Shown here piece after piece: positions 57,091 to 57,788 of a DNA stretch of 57,788 bases. This DNA comes from a virus (lineage: Duplodnaviria; Caudoviricetes). The notes beneath the pieces were generated by a model. That model did no database searches, was not told the DNA's origin, and saw only the letters and a list, made by a program, of their open reading frames with translations. Positions within the stretch are counted from its first letter, which is position 1. Each line of letters begins with the position of its first letter. Position numbers and translations under genes: made by a program. The stretch is from positions 1 through 57,788 of the IMG/VR virus record IMGVR_UViG_3300033076_000814; one strand, written 5' to 3'.

Positions 57091-57249
57091 TTAATTATTA
57101 AAGGTTCTAATTGTTTCTATTATCGCAATTAAAAGATTGAGGCATCCAGCGACAATCCCAGCAGTAACTTCATATTGATCTATGCGTGATGATGCTAAAT
57201 AAAATGATCCAATCGCAATTGAATACCAAAAAATAAGTATCAATATCAT
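57091..57249 (-). CDS. Small two-TM membrane protein, 52 aa (not in ORF track)
   Basis: MILILIFWYSIAIGSFYLASS...AGIVAGCLNLLIAII. Confidence 0.5.
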   Translation of the reverse strand: MILILIFWYSIAIGSFYLASSRIDQYEVTAGIVAGCLNLLIAIIETIRTFNN

Positions 57250-57277
57250 AAAATAAATTTTTATATTAAAAGGTGGA

Positions 57278-57484
57278 TTAATTCCAAGATACTTGATGTT
57301 TAAGTATCTCTACCGCACAAGAAAAATGTGCATAGTTGTAAATGTCCAAATCTCTTTGTTGACAAATTCTTTTGATTGCCAGAACAAAACCCCAGTAGTC
57401 ATGTTCAGCCATGTTGCTAACATCTTTGTTTGCAGTTCCAAGATAACTAACTTGGATCATTCTCGGTTGTTTACTATTGCTCAT
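57278..57484 (-). CDS. Hypothetical protein, first gene of the right-end operon
   Basis: 68 aa ORF downstream of a promoter element. Confidence 0.65.
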   Translation of the reverse strand: MSNSKQPRMIQVSYLGTANKDVSNMAEHDYWGFVLAIKRICQQRDLDIYNYAHFSCAVEILKHQVSWN

Positions 57485-57504
57485 AATTGCTCAATTAATA
57501 TTAA

Positions 57505-57512
57505 CAAATATA
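57505..57512 (-). promoter_or_regulatory. Bacteroidota -7 promoter element for the right-end operon
   Basis: TATATTTG on the minus strand, 20 nt before ATG 57484. Confidence 0.65.
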
Positions 57513-57698
57513 CTTATTTATTTCTTTTATTTATGGTACAAACATACCAATAAATGTTTATAAGTAAATATGAATAATGTTAATAAATATAAAAGTTATT
57601 AACAATTACATACTTAAAAGAAGAAAAAAAGAGAAAAATGGCTTTAGCCATAGACATTGAAAGAGAGTAAGTATTACCCTTGAAAGAAAAACGAGGGC

Positions 57699-57725
57699 GA
57701 ACTATCTGGAATTTCCAGATAGTTC
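57699..57725. repeat. 27-bp palindrome near the right end
   Basis: gaactatctggaa-t-ttccagatagttc, perfect 13-bp arms. Confidence 0.9.
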
Positions 57726-57788
57726 AAAGGAGATTGAATGAGATCAAAAGAGATTGAGTAAAGAGTGAATGAGAGTGATTAAGGAGGA

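Larger units (their letters stand above)
1..57788. mobile_element. Putative tailless membrane-containing dsDNA virus genome of a Bacteroidota host, probably linear and near complete
   Basis: Dense phage-like gene packing with replication, packaging ATPase, lysis and membrane-protein modules; genes at both ends face inward; no host housekeeping genes; no terminase, portal or tail recognised. Confidence 0.8.

Noticed and set aside
1-57788. Tailed phage (Caudoviricetes) or integrated prophage
   Set aside because: No terminase nuclease, portal, HK97 capsid, tape measure or integrase motifs recognised, and no flanking host genes. Very divergent versions cannot be excluded without HMM searches.
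1-57788. Long inverted or direct terminal repeats
   Set aside because: Comparing both ends by eye gave only an ~11-bp inverted match; no phi29/PRD1-style ITR or DTR is visible.
1-57788. tRNA or rRNA genes
   Set aside because: No cloverleaf or T-loop signatures seen in the few intergenic gaps.

Overview
The window looks like a complete or nearly complete ~57.8 kb AT-rich dsDNA virus genome, probably linear, with a Bacteroidota host. The host call rests on recurrent TAnnTTTG promoter elements and A-rich translation starts without Shine-Dalgarno sequences. I saw no terminase, portal, HK97 capsid, tail or integrase gene. Instead there is an FtsK/HerA (A32/P9-like) ATPase, two paralogous beta-rich capsid candidates and about 20 small membrane-anchored proteins, which points to a tailless, membrane-containing virus. 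Layout: (1) 0.3-12.8 kb early/replication genes on + (mini PolB-like palm protein, ParB-like, SSB-like, DnaB, DnaA-domain-IV-like, HTH, RusA); (2) a minus-strand OmpA/SLT operon; (3) 14.3-30.1 kb large modular proteins whose domains (DUF3140-like, two PAPS-reductase-like PP-loop enzymes, LPD1-like zincin and others) are separated by [FY]xxGG linkers; (4) wall hydrolases, the ATPase and a structural block with a second recurring motif ([FYM]S[NYC][AF]xG), a zincin protease, an annexin-like protein, holin and spanin-like genes; (5) small inward-facing genes at the right end. Standout observations: a candidate protease-processed polyprotein system, apparent absence of Ala-Ala, Gly-Pro, Pro-Gly and Thr-Val dipeptides (restriction-site avoidance), a slippery A11 run that adds a membrane anchor to a lysozyme, and structured terminal and leader sequences. 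All family assignments come from motif recognition by eye, not database searches.
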